A stretch of DNA of 64,000 bases, taken from the NCBI GenBank assembly GCA_032654565.1, contig JAULAX010000017.1, positions 1-64,000 of the forward strand, in the 5' to 3' direction. Positions 53,081 to 63,719 of this stretch are shown in pieces. The translations under genes were made by a program, and so were the position numbers. Each line of letters starts with the position of its first letter. Positions within the stretch are counted from its first letter, which is position 1. The notes below the pieces were generated by a model that was not told the DNA's origin, did not search any database, and saw only the letters and a list, made by a program, of their open reading frames with translations. The stretch comes from Anaeromyxobacteraceae bacterium. Its GTDB lineage: Bacteria > Myxococcota > Myxococcia > Myxococcales > Anaeromyxobacteraceae.

Positions 53081-53586
53081 GCGACCTCCTTGCGTTTGCC
53101 CTTGGGGGCCGGTGAAGCGTCAATGCCGGCGAGGTGCTGCTTGAGCGTGGCCAGCAGCGTGTGCACCTGCGTCTTCTGCGCCGGCGACCAGCCGTCGAAC
53201 AGCTCGACGATCCAGCCCTCGTGCACCGCCGCCATGCGACGGAACTGGCGGCGTCCCGCGGCAGTGAGCCGCACCTGCCAGGCCCGCCGGTCGCTCGGGT
53301 GCGCGGCGCGCTGCACCAGATCCTCGGACTCCAGCTGGTCGACGATGCCGGTGACATTGCCGCCCGTCACCATCAAACGTGCCGACAGTTCGCCCATGCT
53401 CAGGCCCTCGGGCTCGCGGTCGAGCTGGGCCATCAGGTCGAAGCGCGGCAGCGTGGTGCCGAACTCGCTGCGCAGGCGCTGGCGAATGACGTTCTCGACG
53501 CGGGTGGTACAGGCGAGCAGACGCAGCCAGATCTTCAGCGCCTGATGGTGGTCGTCGAGCACCCTTGACTCGACGTCCGCCTGCAT
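53077..53586 (-). CDS. MarR-family transcriptional regulator
   Basis: [41 protein letters not shown]. An alternative in-frame ATG at 53703 adds 39 aa spanning a REP-like element. Confidence 0.9.
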   Translation of the reverse strand: MQADVESRVLDDHHQALKIWLRLLACTTRVENVIRQRLRSEFGTTLPRFDLMAQLDREPEGLSMGELSARLMVTGGNVTGIVDQLESEDLVQRAAHPSDRRAWQVRLTAAGRRQFRRMAAVHEGWIVELFDGWSPAQKTQVHTLLATLKQHLAGIDASPAPKGKRKEVA

Positions 53587-53591
53587 GACGG

Positions 53592-53670
53592 CCCCTCGGC
53601 CGCGGAGTACCGCGTCCGATCCCCCGCGGGGATCGAGCCCGGCTTGGGGCCGCCCGGCGCTCGGGCTCGC
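53592..53670 (+). repeat. REP-like CCCCC/GGGG double-hairpin element
   Basis: CCCCTCGG...GATCCCCCGCGGGGATC then GAGCCCG-GCTTGGGGCCGCCCGGCGCT-CGGGCTC. The loop resembles that at 17266-17284. Confidence 0.6.
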
Positions 53671-53705
53671 GACTTCGACTCGCCGACTGGTGGCACGACT
53701 CATGG

Positions 53706-56069
53706 TCAGACCCCCTGCGCCAGGTTGGCCTGTTCCTGCGGCGACAGGCCGGCGGTCTGCGCCGCCATCTGCCGCTCGCGCTCGAGGTTGCGCTCGAGCT
53801 GGTTCTTGCCCGACAGGTACTGCACCGGCCAGTCGGCGCCCACGCCGCTGGTGTGACCGATCTTCGCGGCTTCGAGCAGCGTCCAGGCCGGGTTGGCCAG
53901 GTGCGGGCGGGCGATGGCGCACAGGTCGGCGCGGCCGGCGGCGATGATGCTGTTGACGTGGTCGGCCTCGCTGATCGCACCCACCGCCATGGTGGCGATT
54001 TCCACCTCGTTGCGGATCAGGTCGGCGAACGGCGTCTGATACATGCGGCCGTAGACCGGCTGCTGCTGCCGGCTCACCTGGCCGGACGACACGTCGATCA
54101 GGTCAGCACCGGCTGCCTTGAAGGCCCGCGCGATCTCCACCGCATCGGCCGGCGTGTTGCCGCCGGGCACCCAGTCGTGCGCGGAGATGCGCACCGACAT
54201 CGGCTTGTCATGCGGCCAGACGGCGCGCATCGCGGCGAACACCTCCAGCGGCCAGCGCAGGCGATTGGCCAGCGAGCCGCCGTAGTCGTCGTCGCGCTGG
54301 TTGGTCAGCGGCGACAGGAAGGCCGAGAGCAGGTAGCCGTGCGCGCAGTGCAGTTCCAGCCAGTCGAAGCCGGCGGCGATGGCGCGTTTCGTCGAAGCGA
54401 CGAAGTCGTCGCGGATGCGGTCCATGTCGGCACGTGTCATCGCCCGCGACCAGGCGCTGACGCCGTCGAGGTACTGCTGCGGCGAGGCCGAGACCAGCGG
54501 CCAGTTGTGCTCTTTGGCGTCATCAGCCAGCGGCTGGTCCTCGCCCTCCCAGGGCACACGCGTCGAACCCTTGGCACCGGCGTGGCCGAGCTGCATGGCG
54601 ATCTTCGCGCTCGTGTGGCCATGCACGAAGTCGACGATGCGCTTCCAGGCCACGATCTGCTCGTCGTTCCACAGGCCCGGGCAACCCGGTGTGATGCGGG
54701 CATCCGGCGTCGGGCAGCTCATCTCGGCAAACACCAGTCCGGCACCACCCATCGCCCGCGCACCCAGGTGCACCAGGTGATGGTCGCCCGGCACGCCGTG
54801 CACGGCGCTGTACTGCGCCATCGGCGAGACGACGACGCGGTTCTTCAGCGTGAGGCCGCGCAACTTGAAGGGCGTGAACATCGGCGGCAGCGGCTGCGGG
54901 TTCAGGCCCGCCTGGCCGGCCAGCCAGCCCTCGAGCTGGCCGACGTAGCCCGCGTCACGCAGCCGCAGGTTCTCGTGCGAGATGCGCTGCGAGCGTGTCA
55001 GCAGCGCATAGGCGAACTGCTCGGGCTCCAGCTTGGCATGGCGCTCGACGTTCTCGAACCACTCGGTGGAGTTGCGTGCCGCGTTCTGGATCTTCAGCAC
55101 CTCGACGCCGCGCTTGGCCTCGTACTCCGCCAGCGCCGTGCTCAGGTCGCCCGGGTGCGCGGCAATGCGGCTCGCCAGGTCGATGGCGTCTTCCAGCGCC
55201 AGCTTGGTGCCCGAGCCGATGGAGAAATGCGCGGTGTGCGCCGCGTCGCCCATCAGCACGACGGGAGCGCGACCGTTGTGATGCACCCAGCGCCGGCACA
55301 CCACGCGCGGGAAGCGGATCCATTGTGCCGAGCCGCGCAGGTGCGCCGCGTTGCTGATCAACGCATGGCCGTCGAGGTACTTCGCGAACAGCTTCTCGCA
55401 GAAGTTGATGCCCTCTTCCTTGCTCATGTCCTCCAGCCCGGCGGCACGCCAGACCTCTTCGGGCGCCTCGACGATGAAGGTCGAGGTGGTGTCGTCGAAG
55501 CGGTAGGCGTGGGCCTGGAACCAGCCCCACTCGGTGTTCTCGAAGGCGAAGGTGAAGGCGTCGAACAGCTTCTTCGTGCCCAGCCAGACGAAGCGGCAGC
55601 GGCGCAGGTCGATGTCGGGCTGGTAGGTGGCGGAATACTTGCTGCGGATGCGGCTGTTCAGGCCGTCGGCGGCGATGATCAGGTCGGCGGCTATGTCGGC
55701 GTCGTCCGGGCAGTCGGTCGAGTAGCGCATCTGCACGCCGAGCTCGGCGCAGCGGTCCTGCAGGATGTTGAGCAGGCGCTTGCGGCCGATGCCGCAGAAG
55801 CCGTGGCCCGAGGACCGCAGCGTGCGGCCCTTGAAATGCACGTCGATGTCGTCCCAGTGGTTGAAGGCGTCGAGGATCTGGCCGGCCGTCCTGGCATCGG
55901 CCTGGCGCAGCGCGCCCAGCGTCTGGTCGGAGAACACCACGCCCCAGCCGAAGGTGTCGCCGGGCGCGTTGCGCTCGATCAGCGTCACTTCGTTCGCCGG
56001 GTCCTGCTGCTTCATCAGCAGCGCGAAGTACAGGCCGGCCGGACCGCCGCCGATGCAGGTGATGCGCAT
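53706..56069 (-). CDS. abmA: Anthraniloyl-CoA monooxygenase/reductase (bifunctional salicylyl-CoA 5-hydroxylase/oxidoreductase family)
   Basis: N-terminal flavin monooxygenase ([35 protein letters not shown]) fused to an OYE-like domain ([40 protein letters not shown]). Confidence 0.9.
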   Translation of the reverse strand: MRITCIGGGPAGLYFALLMKQQDPANEVTLIERNAPGDTFGWGVVFSDQTLGALRQADARTAGQILDAFNHWDDIDVHFKGRTLRSSGHGFCGIGRKRLLNILQDRCAELGVQMRYSTDCPDDADIAADLIIAADGLNSRIRSKYSATYQPDIDLRRCRFVWLGTKKLFDAFTFAFENTEWGWFQAHAYRFDDTTSTFIVEAPEEVWRAAGLEDMSKEEGINFCEKLFAKYLDGHALISNAAHLRGSAQWIRFPRVVCRRWVHHNGRAPVVLMGDAAHTAHFSIGSGTKLALEDAIDLASRIAAHPGDLSTALAEYEAKRGVEVLKIQNAARNSTEWFENVERHAKLEPEQFAYALLTRSQRISHENLRLRDAGYVGQLEGWLAGQAGLNPQPLPPMFTPFKLRGLTLKNRVVVSPMAQYSAVHGVPGDHHLVHLGARAMGGAGLVFAEMSCPTPDARITPGCPGLWNDEQIVAWKRIVDFVHGHTSAKIAMQLGHAGAKGSTRVPWEGEDQPLADDAKEHNWPLVSASPQQYLDGVSAWSRAMTRADMDRIRDDFVASTKRAIAAGFDWLELHCAHGYLLSAFLSPLTNQRDDDYGGSLANRLRWPLEVFAAMRAVWPHDKPMSVRISAHDWVPGGNTPADAVEIARAFKAAGADLIDVSSGQVSRQQQPVYGRMYQTPFADLIRNEVEIATMAVGAISEADHVNSIIAAGRADLCAIARPHLANPAWTLLEAAKIGHTSGVGADWPVQYLSGKNQLERNLERERQMAAQTAGLSPQEQANLAQGV

Positions 56070-56097
56070 GCCAAGGGCTCCAGAAACGTTCCGTCAG

Positions 56098-56136
56098 ACT
56101 TTAGGGTTTGATATTTGAAGTGTCAAGCAATAGAAT
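56098..56136. promoter_or_regulatory. Overlapping divergent sigma70 promoters for abmA and kynB
   Basis: Plus strand: TTGATA(56108-13)-N17-TAGAAT(56131-36). Minus strand: TTGACA(56126-21)-N17-TAAAGT(56103-098). AT-rich island with the dyad TTGA-N4-TCAA. Confidence 0.7.
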
Positions 56137-56145
56137 CCCGCCATC

Positions 56146-56772
56146 ATGCTTCGACTGTGGGACATCTCGCCCGCCCTGGGCCCCGCCACGCCGCCCTTCC
56201 CCGGCGACCAGGCCTACGAGCAACGCTGGACGGCGCGCATCGGGCCGGGCTGCCCGGTGAACCTGACGGCGCTGACGCTGTCACCCCACCTGGGCGCCCA
56301 CGCCGACGCGCCGCTGCACTACGCCGACGGGGCGCCGGCCATCGGTACGGTGTCGCTGGAGCCTTACCTCGGGCCCTGCCGCGTCATCCACGCGATCGGC
56401 TGCGGCCCGCTGGTGCGGCCCGAACACCTGGCCCATGCACTGGACGACCTGCCCCCGCGCGTGCTGGTGCGCACCTGCGAGCTCGCGCCGACCGCCTGGT
56501 CGGAGGATTTCGCGGCCTATGCGCCGGAAACGATCGAACTGCTCGCCGCCCGTGGCGTGCGGCTGGTCGGCATCGACAGCCAGTCGGTCGACCCGGCGAG
56601 CAGCAAGACGCTGGACAGCCACCACCTGCTTTTGAAGCACGACCTTCGCGTGCTCGAGAACCTGGTTCTCGACGAGGTGCCCGAAGGCGACTACGAACTG
56701 ATCGCGCTGCCGCTGAAGCTGGTGCAAGCCTGTGCCAGCCCCGTGCGTGCCATCCTCAGAGATCTGACATGA
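56146..56772 (+). CDS. kynB: Kynurenine formamidase (arylformamidase)
   Basis: [46 protein letters not shown]. Confidence 0.93.
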   Translation: MLRLWDISPALGPATPPFPGDQAYEQRWTARIGPGCPVNLTALTLSPHLGAHADAPLHYADGAPAIGTVSLEPYLGPCRVIHAIGCGPLVRPEHLAHALDDLPPRVLVRTCELAPTAWSEDFAAYAPETIELLAARGVRLVGIDSQSVDPASSKTLDSHHLLLKHDLRVLENLVLDEVPEGDYELIALPLKLVQACASPVRAILRDLT

Positions 56773-58043
56773 CGACCCGACAAGAAGCCCTCGCGCTCGA
56801 CGCGCGCGACCCGCTGGCAGCCCTGCGCCAGCAGTTCAACCTTCCCGAGGGTCTGATCTACCTCGACGGCAACTCGCTGGGTGTGCTGCCGGCAGCCACG
56901 CCCGAGCGCGTCGCCGCTGCAGTGCGTGACGAATGGGGCAGCGGCTTGATCCGCAGCTGGAACAGCGCCGGCTGGGTCGACCTGCCGCAACGCATCGGCG
57001 ACAAGATCGGCCGCCTGATCGGCGCCGGCCCGGGGCAGACGCTGGCGGCCGACTCGACCTCGGTGAACCTGTTCAAGGTGCTCAGCGCCGCGCTCGCCAT
57101 CGTCAAGGCCGGCGGCGACACCCAGCGCCGCGTGATCGTCTCCGAGCGCAGCAACTTCCCCACCGACCTGTACATCGCCGAGAGCCTGGCAAGGCAGCAC
57201 GGCTTCACGCTGAAGCTGGTCGAGCCCGACGAGATCGCCGCGCAGTTCGACGGCTCGCTGGCCGTGCTGATGCTCACCCACGTCAACTACCGCACCGGCC
57301 GCATGCACGACATGGCGGCGCTGACGCGCGCCGCCCATGCCTGCGGTGCGCTGGCGCTGTGGGACCTGGCGCACTCGGCCGGCGCGGTGCCGGTGGACCT
57401 GATCGGCGCCGACGCCGACTTCGCGGTCGGCTGCGGCTACAAGTACCTCAACGGCGGCCCGGGCGCACCCGGCTTCCTTTGGGTGCACCCGCGCCAGCTC
57501 GCGCGCATGGAGCGCGACGGGCTCTGGCAGCCGCTGTCGGGCTGGTTCGGCCACGCCGCGCCCTTCGAGTTCTCGCCGCACTACCGCCCGGCCGCGGGCA
57601 TCGTGCGTTTCAGCTGTGGCACGCCGCCGGTGCTCGGCCTCACCGCGCTCGAGGTCGGCGTGGACACGCTGCTCGCCGCCGAGCCGCTGGGCGGCATGGC
57701 GGCGCTGCGCCGCAAGTCGCTGGCGCTGACCTGCCTGTTCATCACGCTGGTCGAGAAGTACTGCGGCGGCCATGGCCTGAGCGTGGTCACGCCGCGTCAG
57801 GAGAACGAGCGCGGCAGCCAGGTCAACCTGGCGCGCGCCGAAGGGGCTTACCCCATCGTGCAGGCCTTGATCGCGCGCGGCGTGATCGGTGACTTCCGCG
57901 CCCCGGACAACCTGCGCTTCGGCTTCACGCCGCTGTACACGCGTTTCGTCGATGTGTGGGACGCCGTCGAGCAGCTGCGCCAGGTGCTCGACTCCGGCGA
58001 ATGGCAAGAGGCGCGCTTCAACCAGAAGGCGGCCGTGACATGA
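56769..58043 (+). CDS. kynU: Kynureninase
   Basis: [53 protein letters not shown]. Confidence 0.95.
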   Translation: MTTRQEALALDARDPLAALRQQFNLPEGLIYLDGNSLGVLPAATPERVAAAVRDEWGSGLIRSWNSAGWVDLPQRIGDKIGRLIGAGPGQTLAADSTSVNLFKVLSAALAIVKAGGDTQRRVIVSERSNFPTDLYIAESLARQHGFTLKLVEPDEIAAQFDGSLAVLMLTHVNYRTGRMHDMAALTRAAHACGALALWDLAHSAGAVPVDLIGADADFAVGCGYKYLNGGPGAPGFLWVHPRQLARMERDGLWQPLSGWFGHAAPFEFSPHYRPAAGIVRFSCGTPPVLGLTALEVGVDTLLAAEPLGGMAALRRKSLALTCLFITLVEKYCGGHGLSVVTPRQENERGSQVNLARAEGAYPIVQALIARGVIGDFRAPDNLRFGFTPLYTRFVDVWDAVEQLRQVLDSGEWQEARFNQKAAVT

Positions 58044-58906
58044 CCTGCCCTTACGCCCACGATGCGCACGACGGCGGCGAGAAGATCGTCGCCGAGGAAG
58101 GCGCCAAGCTCGACTTCAGCCGCGACATGAGCTACGGCGACTACCTGAAGCTCGATGCGGTGTTGAATGCGCAGCAGCCGCTTTCGCCCGACCACAACGA
58201 GATGCTGTTCATCGTGCAGCACCAGACCAGCGAACTGTGGATGAAGCTGATGCTGCACGAGCTGTCGGCGGCGATGGCCTGCATCGCGCGCGACGAGCTC
58301 GGCACGGCCTTCAAGATGCTGGCGCGCGTGAGCAGGATCATGGAGCAGCTGGTGCACGCCTGGGACGTGCTGGCAACGATGACGCCGCCGGAGTACTCGG
58401 CGATCCGTCCGTACCTCAGCAACAGCAGCGGCTTCCAGAGCTGGCAGTACCGATGCATCGAGTTCATGCTCGGCAACAAGAACGCCGCGATGCTCAAGCC
58501 GCACTCCCACCGGCCGGACCTGCTGGCCAAGGTCGAGGCGGCGTGGCGCGCACCCTCGCTCTACGACGAATCGTTGCGCCTGCTCGCACGCCGCGGCATC
58601 GCCGTGCCGGCCAGCCACATCGAACGGGACTGGACCCAGCCCTACCCGGCCGACGACGGCGTCGAGCAGGCCTGGCTCACCGTCTACCGCGATCCGAAGC
58701 AACACTGGGAGCTGTACCAGCTCGGCGAGGAGCTCACCGACCTGGAAGACGCCTTCCGGCTCTGGCGCTTCCGCCATGTCACCACCGTCGAGCGCGTGAT
58801 CGGCTTCAAGCGCGGCACCGGCGGCACCAGCGGCGTGGGCTACCTGCGCAAGATGCTCGACACGGTGCTGTTCCCGGAGATCTGGAAGCTGCGCACCGAT
58901 CTTTGA
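58040..58906 (+). CDS. kynA: Tryptophan 2,3-dioxygenase
   Basis: [49 protein letters not shown]. Confidence 0.96.
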   Translation: MTCPYAHDAHDGGEKIVAEEGAKLDFSRDMSYGDYLKLDAVLNAQQPLSPDHNEMLFIVQHQTSELWMKLMLHELSAAMACIARDELGTAFKMLARVSRIMEQLVHAWDVLATMTPPEYSAIRPYLSNSSGFQSWQYRCIEFMLGNKNAAMLKPHSHRPDLLAKVEAAWRAPSLYDESLRLLARRGIAVPASHIERDWTQPYPADDGVEQAWLTVYRDPKQHWELYQLGEELTDLEDAFRLWRFRHVTTVERVIGFKRGTGGTSGVGYLRKMLDTVLFPEIWKLRTDL

Positions 58907-58980
58907 CCCCCCCGAAGCGCCTCACGGCGCTCCCCCCAGGGGGCGCCGCCAGCGGACCGGCAAAGCCGGATCCGCGGCGA
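58907..58980 (+). repeat. REP-like CCCCCC/GGGGG double-hairpin element between convergent genes
   Basis: CCCCCCGAAGCGCC...GGCGCT-CCCCCCAGGGGGCG then CGCC.GCGGA-CCGG-CAAAG-CCGG.TCCGC-GGCG. Confidence 0.65.
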
Positions 58981-58996
58981 CTGCTTGATCACTCGC

Positions 58997-60772
58997 TCAG
59001 AAGCTCTGCCAGTCGTCGTCGGCAACGGCTGCGGGCACGCGCGGTGTCGCGGGCACCGGCATCGGTTCGAGCTTAGACGCAGCCGGCCTGGTGGCCGTGG
59101 CCATCGGCTTCTTGAGCGGCGTCGGTGCCGTCTTGTGGGCAGGCTTCGCGACAGGGGCCGGCACGGTGGCGGACACCTTCGCACGCACCTCGCCGTGCGA
59201 CAGCTTGAACACCGCCACCGCCTGAACGAGTTGCTGCGCCTGCTGCTTCAGGCTCTCGGCCGCGGCCGCGCTCTGCTCCACCAGCGCCGCGTTCTGCTGC
59301 GTCGCCTGGTCCATCTCGCTGACCGCCTGGCCCACCTGCTGCACGCCCGTGTTCTGCTCGACGCTGGCCGAGCTGATCTCGCCGACGATGTCGCTGACGC
59401 GGCGGATCGAGGTGACGATCTCCTGCATGGTCTGGCCGGCCCGGTCGACCAGCACGGTGCCGCGCTCGACGCGTTCGACGCTCGCGCCGATCAGCGTCTT
59501 GATCTCCTTGGCCGCCTCGGCGCTGCGCTGCGCGAGGCTGCGCACCTCGCCGGCCACCACCGCGAAGCCGCGGCCCTGCTCGCCGGCCCGCGCTGCTTCC
59601 ACCGCGGCGTTCAGCGCCAGGATGTTGGTCTGGAAGGCGATGCCATCGATCACCGCGATGATGTCGGCAATCTTGCGGCTGCTGTCGTTGATGTCCTTCA
59701 TCGTCGACACCACCTGGCCGACGACCTCGCCGCCCTGCACCGCGACGGTCGAGGCGCCCAGCGCGAGCTGGTTGGCCTGCTTGGCGTTGTCGGCGTTGTT
59801 GCGCACCGTCGAGCCCAGCTCGTCCATGGTCGCCGCGGTCTGCTGCAGCGCGCTCGCCTGGTGCTCGGTGCGGCTGGACAGGTCCTGGTTGCCCTGCGCG
59901 ATCTGCGCACTGGAGATGGCCACGTTCTCCGAACCCTGGCGCACCGCGGACACCGCCTGCGCCAGGCCGCGTTGCATGGTCAGCAGCCGCGCCATCAGGC
60001 TGTCGGTGTCGCCGGCCTTCACCCGGATGAGCGTCGACAGGTCGCCCTCGGCGACGGCGCGCGCCACCTCGGCCGCCACCTGCGGCTCGCCGCCGAGCTG
60101 TGCGATGAGGCGCCGCGTGATCGCCCAGGCCAGCACGAAGCCGAGCAGCAGCGTCGCCGCGAGCAGCGCCATGATCGACGCGCGGGCCTGCTTGTAGACG
60201 GCGTCGACATGCTGGGCTGCCTGCTGACCGCCCTCGAAGTTGAACTTGTTCAACGAGTCCAGCGCCGCCACCACCTCGTCGAAGGTGGTGCTGCCCAGGC
60301 CGTCGCTGATGTCGGCGGCGTCCTGCTGCTTCTTGTCGCGGCCCAGGCCGACCACCTTCTTCTGCGCCGCCTCGTAGGCCTGCCAGCCCTTGGTCAGCTT
60401 GCCGAACAGCTCGCGCTCGGCATCGGCCTGCACCAGCGGCTCGTAGGCGCTCAGCGTGCCGACCACGGTCTTGTCGGCCGCGGCCATCTTCTCCTCGTAC
60501 TCGCTGTGGTAGCTGCGGTCGGTGGCGCGGCTGTGCTTGACCTCGAAGTCGCGCGACTCGATCAGCGCCACGCGCATCGCCGAGAGGTGGCCCACGCCCT
60601 GCAGCCATTTTTCGTTGAGCGCCATGGCCTGCGTGTCGACACGATGCAGTCCGACGATCGCCATCGCACCCATCGCGGCGGACAGCGCCAGCACGACGAA
60701 GAAGGCGAGCGAGAGTTGCTGGGCCACGCGCAGCCGCGCGAAGGCCTGGCCGAGGCGATGGGTCTTGTTCAT
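58997..60772 (-). CDS. Methyl-accepting chemotaxis protein (four-helix-bundle sensor)
   Basis: Two [46 protein letters not shown]-terminal pentapeptide DWQSF. Confidence 0.95.
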   Translation of the reverse strand: MNKTHRLGQAFARLRVAQQLSLAFFVVLALSAAMGAMAIVGLHRVDTQAMALNEKWLQGVGHLSAMRVALIESRDFEVKHSRATDRSYHSEYEEKMAAADKTVVGTLSAYEPLVQADAERELFGKLTKGWQAYEAAQKKVVGLGRDKKQQDAADISDGLGSTTFDEVVAALDSLNKFNFEGGQQAAQHVDAVYKQARASIMALLAATLLLGFVLAWAITRRLIAQLGGEPQVAAEVARAVAEGDLSTLIRVKAGDTDSLMARLLTMQRGLAQAVSAVRQGSENVAISSAQIAQGNQDLSSRTEHQASALQQTAATMDELGSTVRNNADNAKQANQLALGASTVAVQGGEVVGQVVSTMKDINDSSRKIADIIAVIDGIAFQTNILALNAAVEAARAGEQGRGFAVVAGEVRSLAQRSAEAAKEIKTLIGASVERVERGTVLVDRAGQTMQEIVTSIRRVSDIVGEISSASVEQNTGVQQVGQAVSEMDQATQQNAALVEQSAAAAESLKQQAQQLVQAVAVFKLSHGEVRAKVSATVPAPVAKPAHKTAPTPLKKPMATATRPAASKLEPMPVPATPRVPAAVADDDWQSF

Positions 60773-60832
60773 GGTCTGTGCTCGCAGTGAGGGGAAATCG
60801 GGCGCACGGTGCGGCACCCTGGCCGCGCTGGC

Positions 60833-61324
60833 TTACTTCTTGTGGCCGATGTAGCTCACGCCGATGATCTTGCCGCCGGCGTCCTTGATCGGGTTGTAGC
60901 AGGCGTCGAAGGCCGTTCCGAGCACGTCGATCGGGCCGCAGTAGGTCTGTCCCTTGGAGACCGCCTCGTAGGCGGCGTTGCGCGCCAGTTGCGTGCCGAT
61001 GCCGCGTTTGCCTTCCGGCGTGAGCACGTTGGTGCTGACGCGCACGAACTCGTCGCCCTGCTTCACGAACACCGTGGCGGTGGCGTTGTGCGCCTTGCGC
61101 ACGGCGTCGACGACGTCGTAGTTGTTGTTGATCTTGCGCTCGCCGAAGTACAGCGCGGGCACGTCCTTGTCGGCCACCTTCTCCGTGCCTTCGAGCTTGG
61201 GTGCGCCGATCCTGGCCAGGCGGGCGTCGAGGTCGGCAATGGTCGCTTTCGGGTCGTAGGCCTGAGCCGTGGACACGGCACCGATCGTCAGGGCGACGGC
61301 GGACAGGATGGCATTGAACTTCAT
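60833..61324 (-). CDS. Stand-alone periplasmic Cache-domain protein (Cache_3/Cache_2 type)
   Basis: Signal peptide; ATATVFVK.GDEFVRVSTNV....G.R..GT.L; Y.PIKD..G..IG..Y.G. No TM or signalling domain. Confidence 0.85.
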   Translation of the reverse strand: MKFNAILSAVALTIGAVSTAQAYDPKATIADLDARLARIGAPKLEGTEKVADKDVPALYFGERKINNNYDVVDAVRKAHNATATVFVKQGDEFVRVSTNVLTPEGKRGIGTQLARNAAYEAVSKGQTYCGPIDVLGTAFDACYNPIKDAGGKIIGVSYIGHKK

Positions 61325-61460
61325 GGCGTTTCCCAGCGTTGAAAGGGGTTGACACAGTCCGGCCGCGGCTTTTCCACGACCCAGTGAGTCGGGTATCGGC
61401 ATCCGGCGGACTCTCTTGAGCCAGGTCAGCGCGAACAGCGCCGATACAATCGCGCCGCCC

Positions 61461-62312
61461 ATGCCGATGTCCGACCGCCTCGCCGTCCTGCCCCAGTACC
61501 TGCTGCCCCAGCAGGCCCTGACCTCGCTGGCCGGGGCCGTCGCGTCGTACCGCGGCGGCACCTGGACGACCGCGCTGATCCGGCGCTTCGTGGCGCGCTA
61601 CGGCGTCGACATGAACGAGGCCGCCGACCCGGACATCGCGCACTACGCCAGCTTCAACGAGTTCTTCACGCGCGCGCTCAGGCCGGGCGCCCGTCCGCCG
61701 GCGGCCGGCGGCTGGCTGTGCCCGGTGGACGGCGCGATCAGCCAGTTCGGCCGCATCGAGCGCGACCAGGTCTTCCAGGCCAAGGGCCACGCCTACTCGA
61801 CCACGGCGCTGGTCGGTGGCGATGCCACGCTCGCGGCGCATTTCGAGAACGGCCAGTTCGCCACGCTCTACCTCAGCCCGCGCGACTACCACCGCATCCA
61901 CATGCCCTGCGACGGGCGGCTGGTGCGCATGATCCACGTGCCCGGCGCGCTGTTCTCGGTCAACCCGACCACGGCGCGCGGCGTGCCGGGGCTGTTCGCG
62001 CGCAACGAGCGGGTGGTCTGCCACTTCGACTCACCGCACGGTCCCTTCGTGCTGGTGCTGGTGGGCGCCACCATCGTCGGCAGCATGGCCACGGTGTGGC
62101 ACGGCGTGGTCAACCCGCCGCGGCCGGGCACGCTGCGCGAATGGCAGTACCCCGACGGGCAGGTCAGCCTGAAACGCGGCGAGGAGATGGGGCGCTTCCT
62201 GCTCGGCTCCACCGTCGTGATGCTGTTCCCGCAGGACACGCTGCGCTTCAACCCGGCCTGGGCGCCGGGCGGCGCCATCCGCATGGGCGAGCAGATGGCA
62301 CAGGCCGGCTGA
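61461..62312 (+). CDS. psd: Phosphatidylserine decarboxylase proenzyme
   Basis: QYLLP, SFNEFFTR, PVDG, YLSPRDYHR.HMP, ARNER, VGATIVGS, F.LGSTV (LGST cleavage motif). Confidence 0.95.
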   Translation: MPMSDRLAVLPQYLLPQQALTSLAGAVASYRGGTWTTALIRRFVARYGVDMNEAADPDIAHYASFNEFFTRALRPGARPPAAGGWLCPVDGAISQFGRIERDQVFQAKGHAYSTTALVGGDATLAAHFENGQFATLYLSPRDYHRIHMPCDGRLVRMIHVPGALFSVNPTTARGVPGLFARNERVVCHFDSPHGPFVLVLVGATIVGSMATVWHGVVNPPRPGTLREWQYPDGQVSLKRGEEMGRFLLGSTVVMLFPQDTLRFNPAWAPGGAIRMGEQMAQAG

Positions 62313-62348
62313 GGCCGGATGATCCGACACCCCGGGAGGTGGGGCGCG

Positions 62349-63065
62349 ATGTCGCTGGCGGAACTCGCCTCGTGGGTGGGTGGCAAGGCCTCGGTCTTCG
62401 TCGCTGCCGCGCTGTCGTCGCCCGAGCAGGTGCTGGCCACGCTGGCGGCCGCCATCGGCATCGCCCTCGTCATCGCCGGTGCGTTCGTGCGCACCATGCT
62501 GCCGCTGCGCTGGCTGGCAGCGGGCAGCAATGGCGCGCTGGTGATCTTCGGCGCGCTGCACCCCTCGATGATCACGCTGCTCATTGCCGGGCTGCTGCTG
62601 CCGGTCAACATCTACCGCGCCGTCGAGGTGACCCGGCTGACGCGGCGCGTGGTGCGCGCGCAGGCCGATGCCGACCTCGCCGGGCTGTGGCTCAAGCCCT
62701 ACATGAAGCCGCGCCGCCTGAAGGCGGGGCAGACGCTGTTCCGCCAGGGCGAGGAGGCCAACCGCCTGTACCTGCTCGTCGACGGCGAGATGGAGCTGTC
62801 CGACATCGGCAAGCGGCTCGAGCCGGGGCGCATCTTCGGCGAGATCGCCCTCTTCTCGCCCAGCGGACTGCGCACCCACACGGCGCGCTGCCTCAGCGCC
62901 TGCAGCGTGCTGGAGATCCACGAACGCACGGTCAAGGAGTTGTACTTCCAGAACCCGGCGTTCGGCTTCCACCTGATCGAGCTGCTCGCCGGCCGGCTGA
63001 GCGCCGACATCGAGCGCGGCACCGCACGACGGCACGCGCCGGCGGCGGGCGGCGACACCGCCTGA
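62349..63065 (+). CDS. Membrane protein with a cyclic nucleotide-binding domain (no HTH)
   Basis: N-terminal TM segments (TMLPLRW, LLPVN.YR); LFRQGE....LY....G; FGEIALF....RT.TA. Confidence 0.82.
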   Translation: MSLAELASWVGGKASVFVAAALSSPEQVLATLAAAIGIALVIAGAFVRTMLPLRWLAAGSNGALVIFGALHPSMITLLIAGLLLPVNIYRAVEVTRLTRRVVRAQADADLAGLWLKPYMKPRRLKAGQTLFRQGEEANRLYLLVDGEMELSDIGKRLEPGRIFGEIALFSPSGLRTHTARCLSACSVLEIHERTVKELYFQNPAFGFHLIELLAGRLSADIERGTARRHAPAAGGDTA

Positions 63066-63114
63066 GCCAGCGCAGCGAAGCGCCTGTGCAACGGCGCAGC
63101 GCAGGCGGCTCACC

Positions 63115-63163
63115 TCAGGCCGACGCTGGCCAGCTTCGCAGGGCCTTCGCTCTGGCCTGAGCC
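63115..63163. repeat. Short TCAGGCC...GGCCTGA hairpin repeat, copy 2
   Basis: 31-bp identity with 5845-5875. Preceded by another TGAGCC...GGCTCA-bounded segment (63063-63112). Confidence 0.8.
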
Positions 63164-63170
63164 GACGCGA

Positions 63171-63587
63171 TCAGCGCGGCAGCAGCGCCGCGCGCATCGC
63201 CTCGACGGACTCGCGCAGCTTGGTCTTCGCCAGCGCCTTGCATTGATCCGGGGTGGCGCCGGCCTGCGAGCCGAAGGTGGTGGTGGTCTTGGACGGCTTG
63301 AACACCAGTGCCGCGCCCTGGCGCGGCATCAGCATCGCACGGGCGGTGACGACGCAGACCTTGCCGTCGTCGAAGCCGCCTTCGACCTGGGTCACGAAGC
63401 CCCACTTGGCCACCGGGTAGAGCTTCACCAGCTTGTCGGGCAGCGCATCCTTCCACACCGCCTTCGCGCTCTTCGCGTCGATCAGCGCCGCCGTGGAGTG
63501 ATCGAGCGTGAGGTAGTTCGGCGGGGCGGCGAAGGCGGTGCACGTGAGCGTGGTCAGCAGCACGGCGAGCAGGCGGCCTGAGGGCAT
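63171..63587 (-). CDS. Secreted hypothetical protein (two Cys in the mature part)
   Basis: RBS AAGGA, signal peptide ending AFA, typical codon usage. Confidence 0.72.
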   Translation of the reverse strand: MPSGRLLAVLLTTLTCTAFAAPPNYLTLDHSTAALIDAKSAKAVWKDALPDKLVKLYPVAKWGFVTQVEGGFDDGKVCVVTARAMLMPRQGAALVFKPSKTTTTFGSQAGATPDQCKALAKTKLRESVEAMRAALLPR

Positions 63588-63719
63588 GGCGATCCTTCGC
63601 GGGTGGGGATTCGGAACGCTGCGATTCTGACGCCAATCACCCCGATCGCACCCGCCCGGGTTTGTACGAGTGATCGCCGCGCCGCGAGCCGGGCCGGGGC
63701 CAGCCGTTAGACTGCCGCC

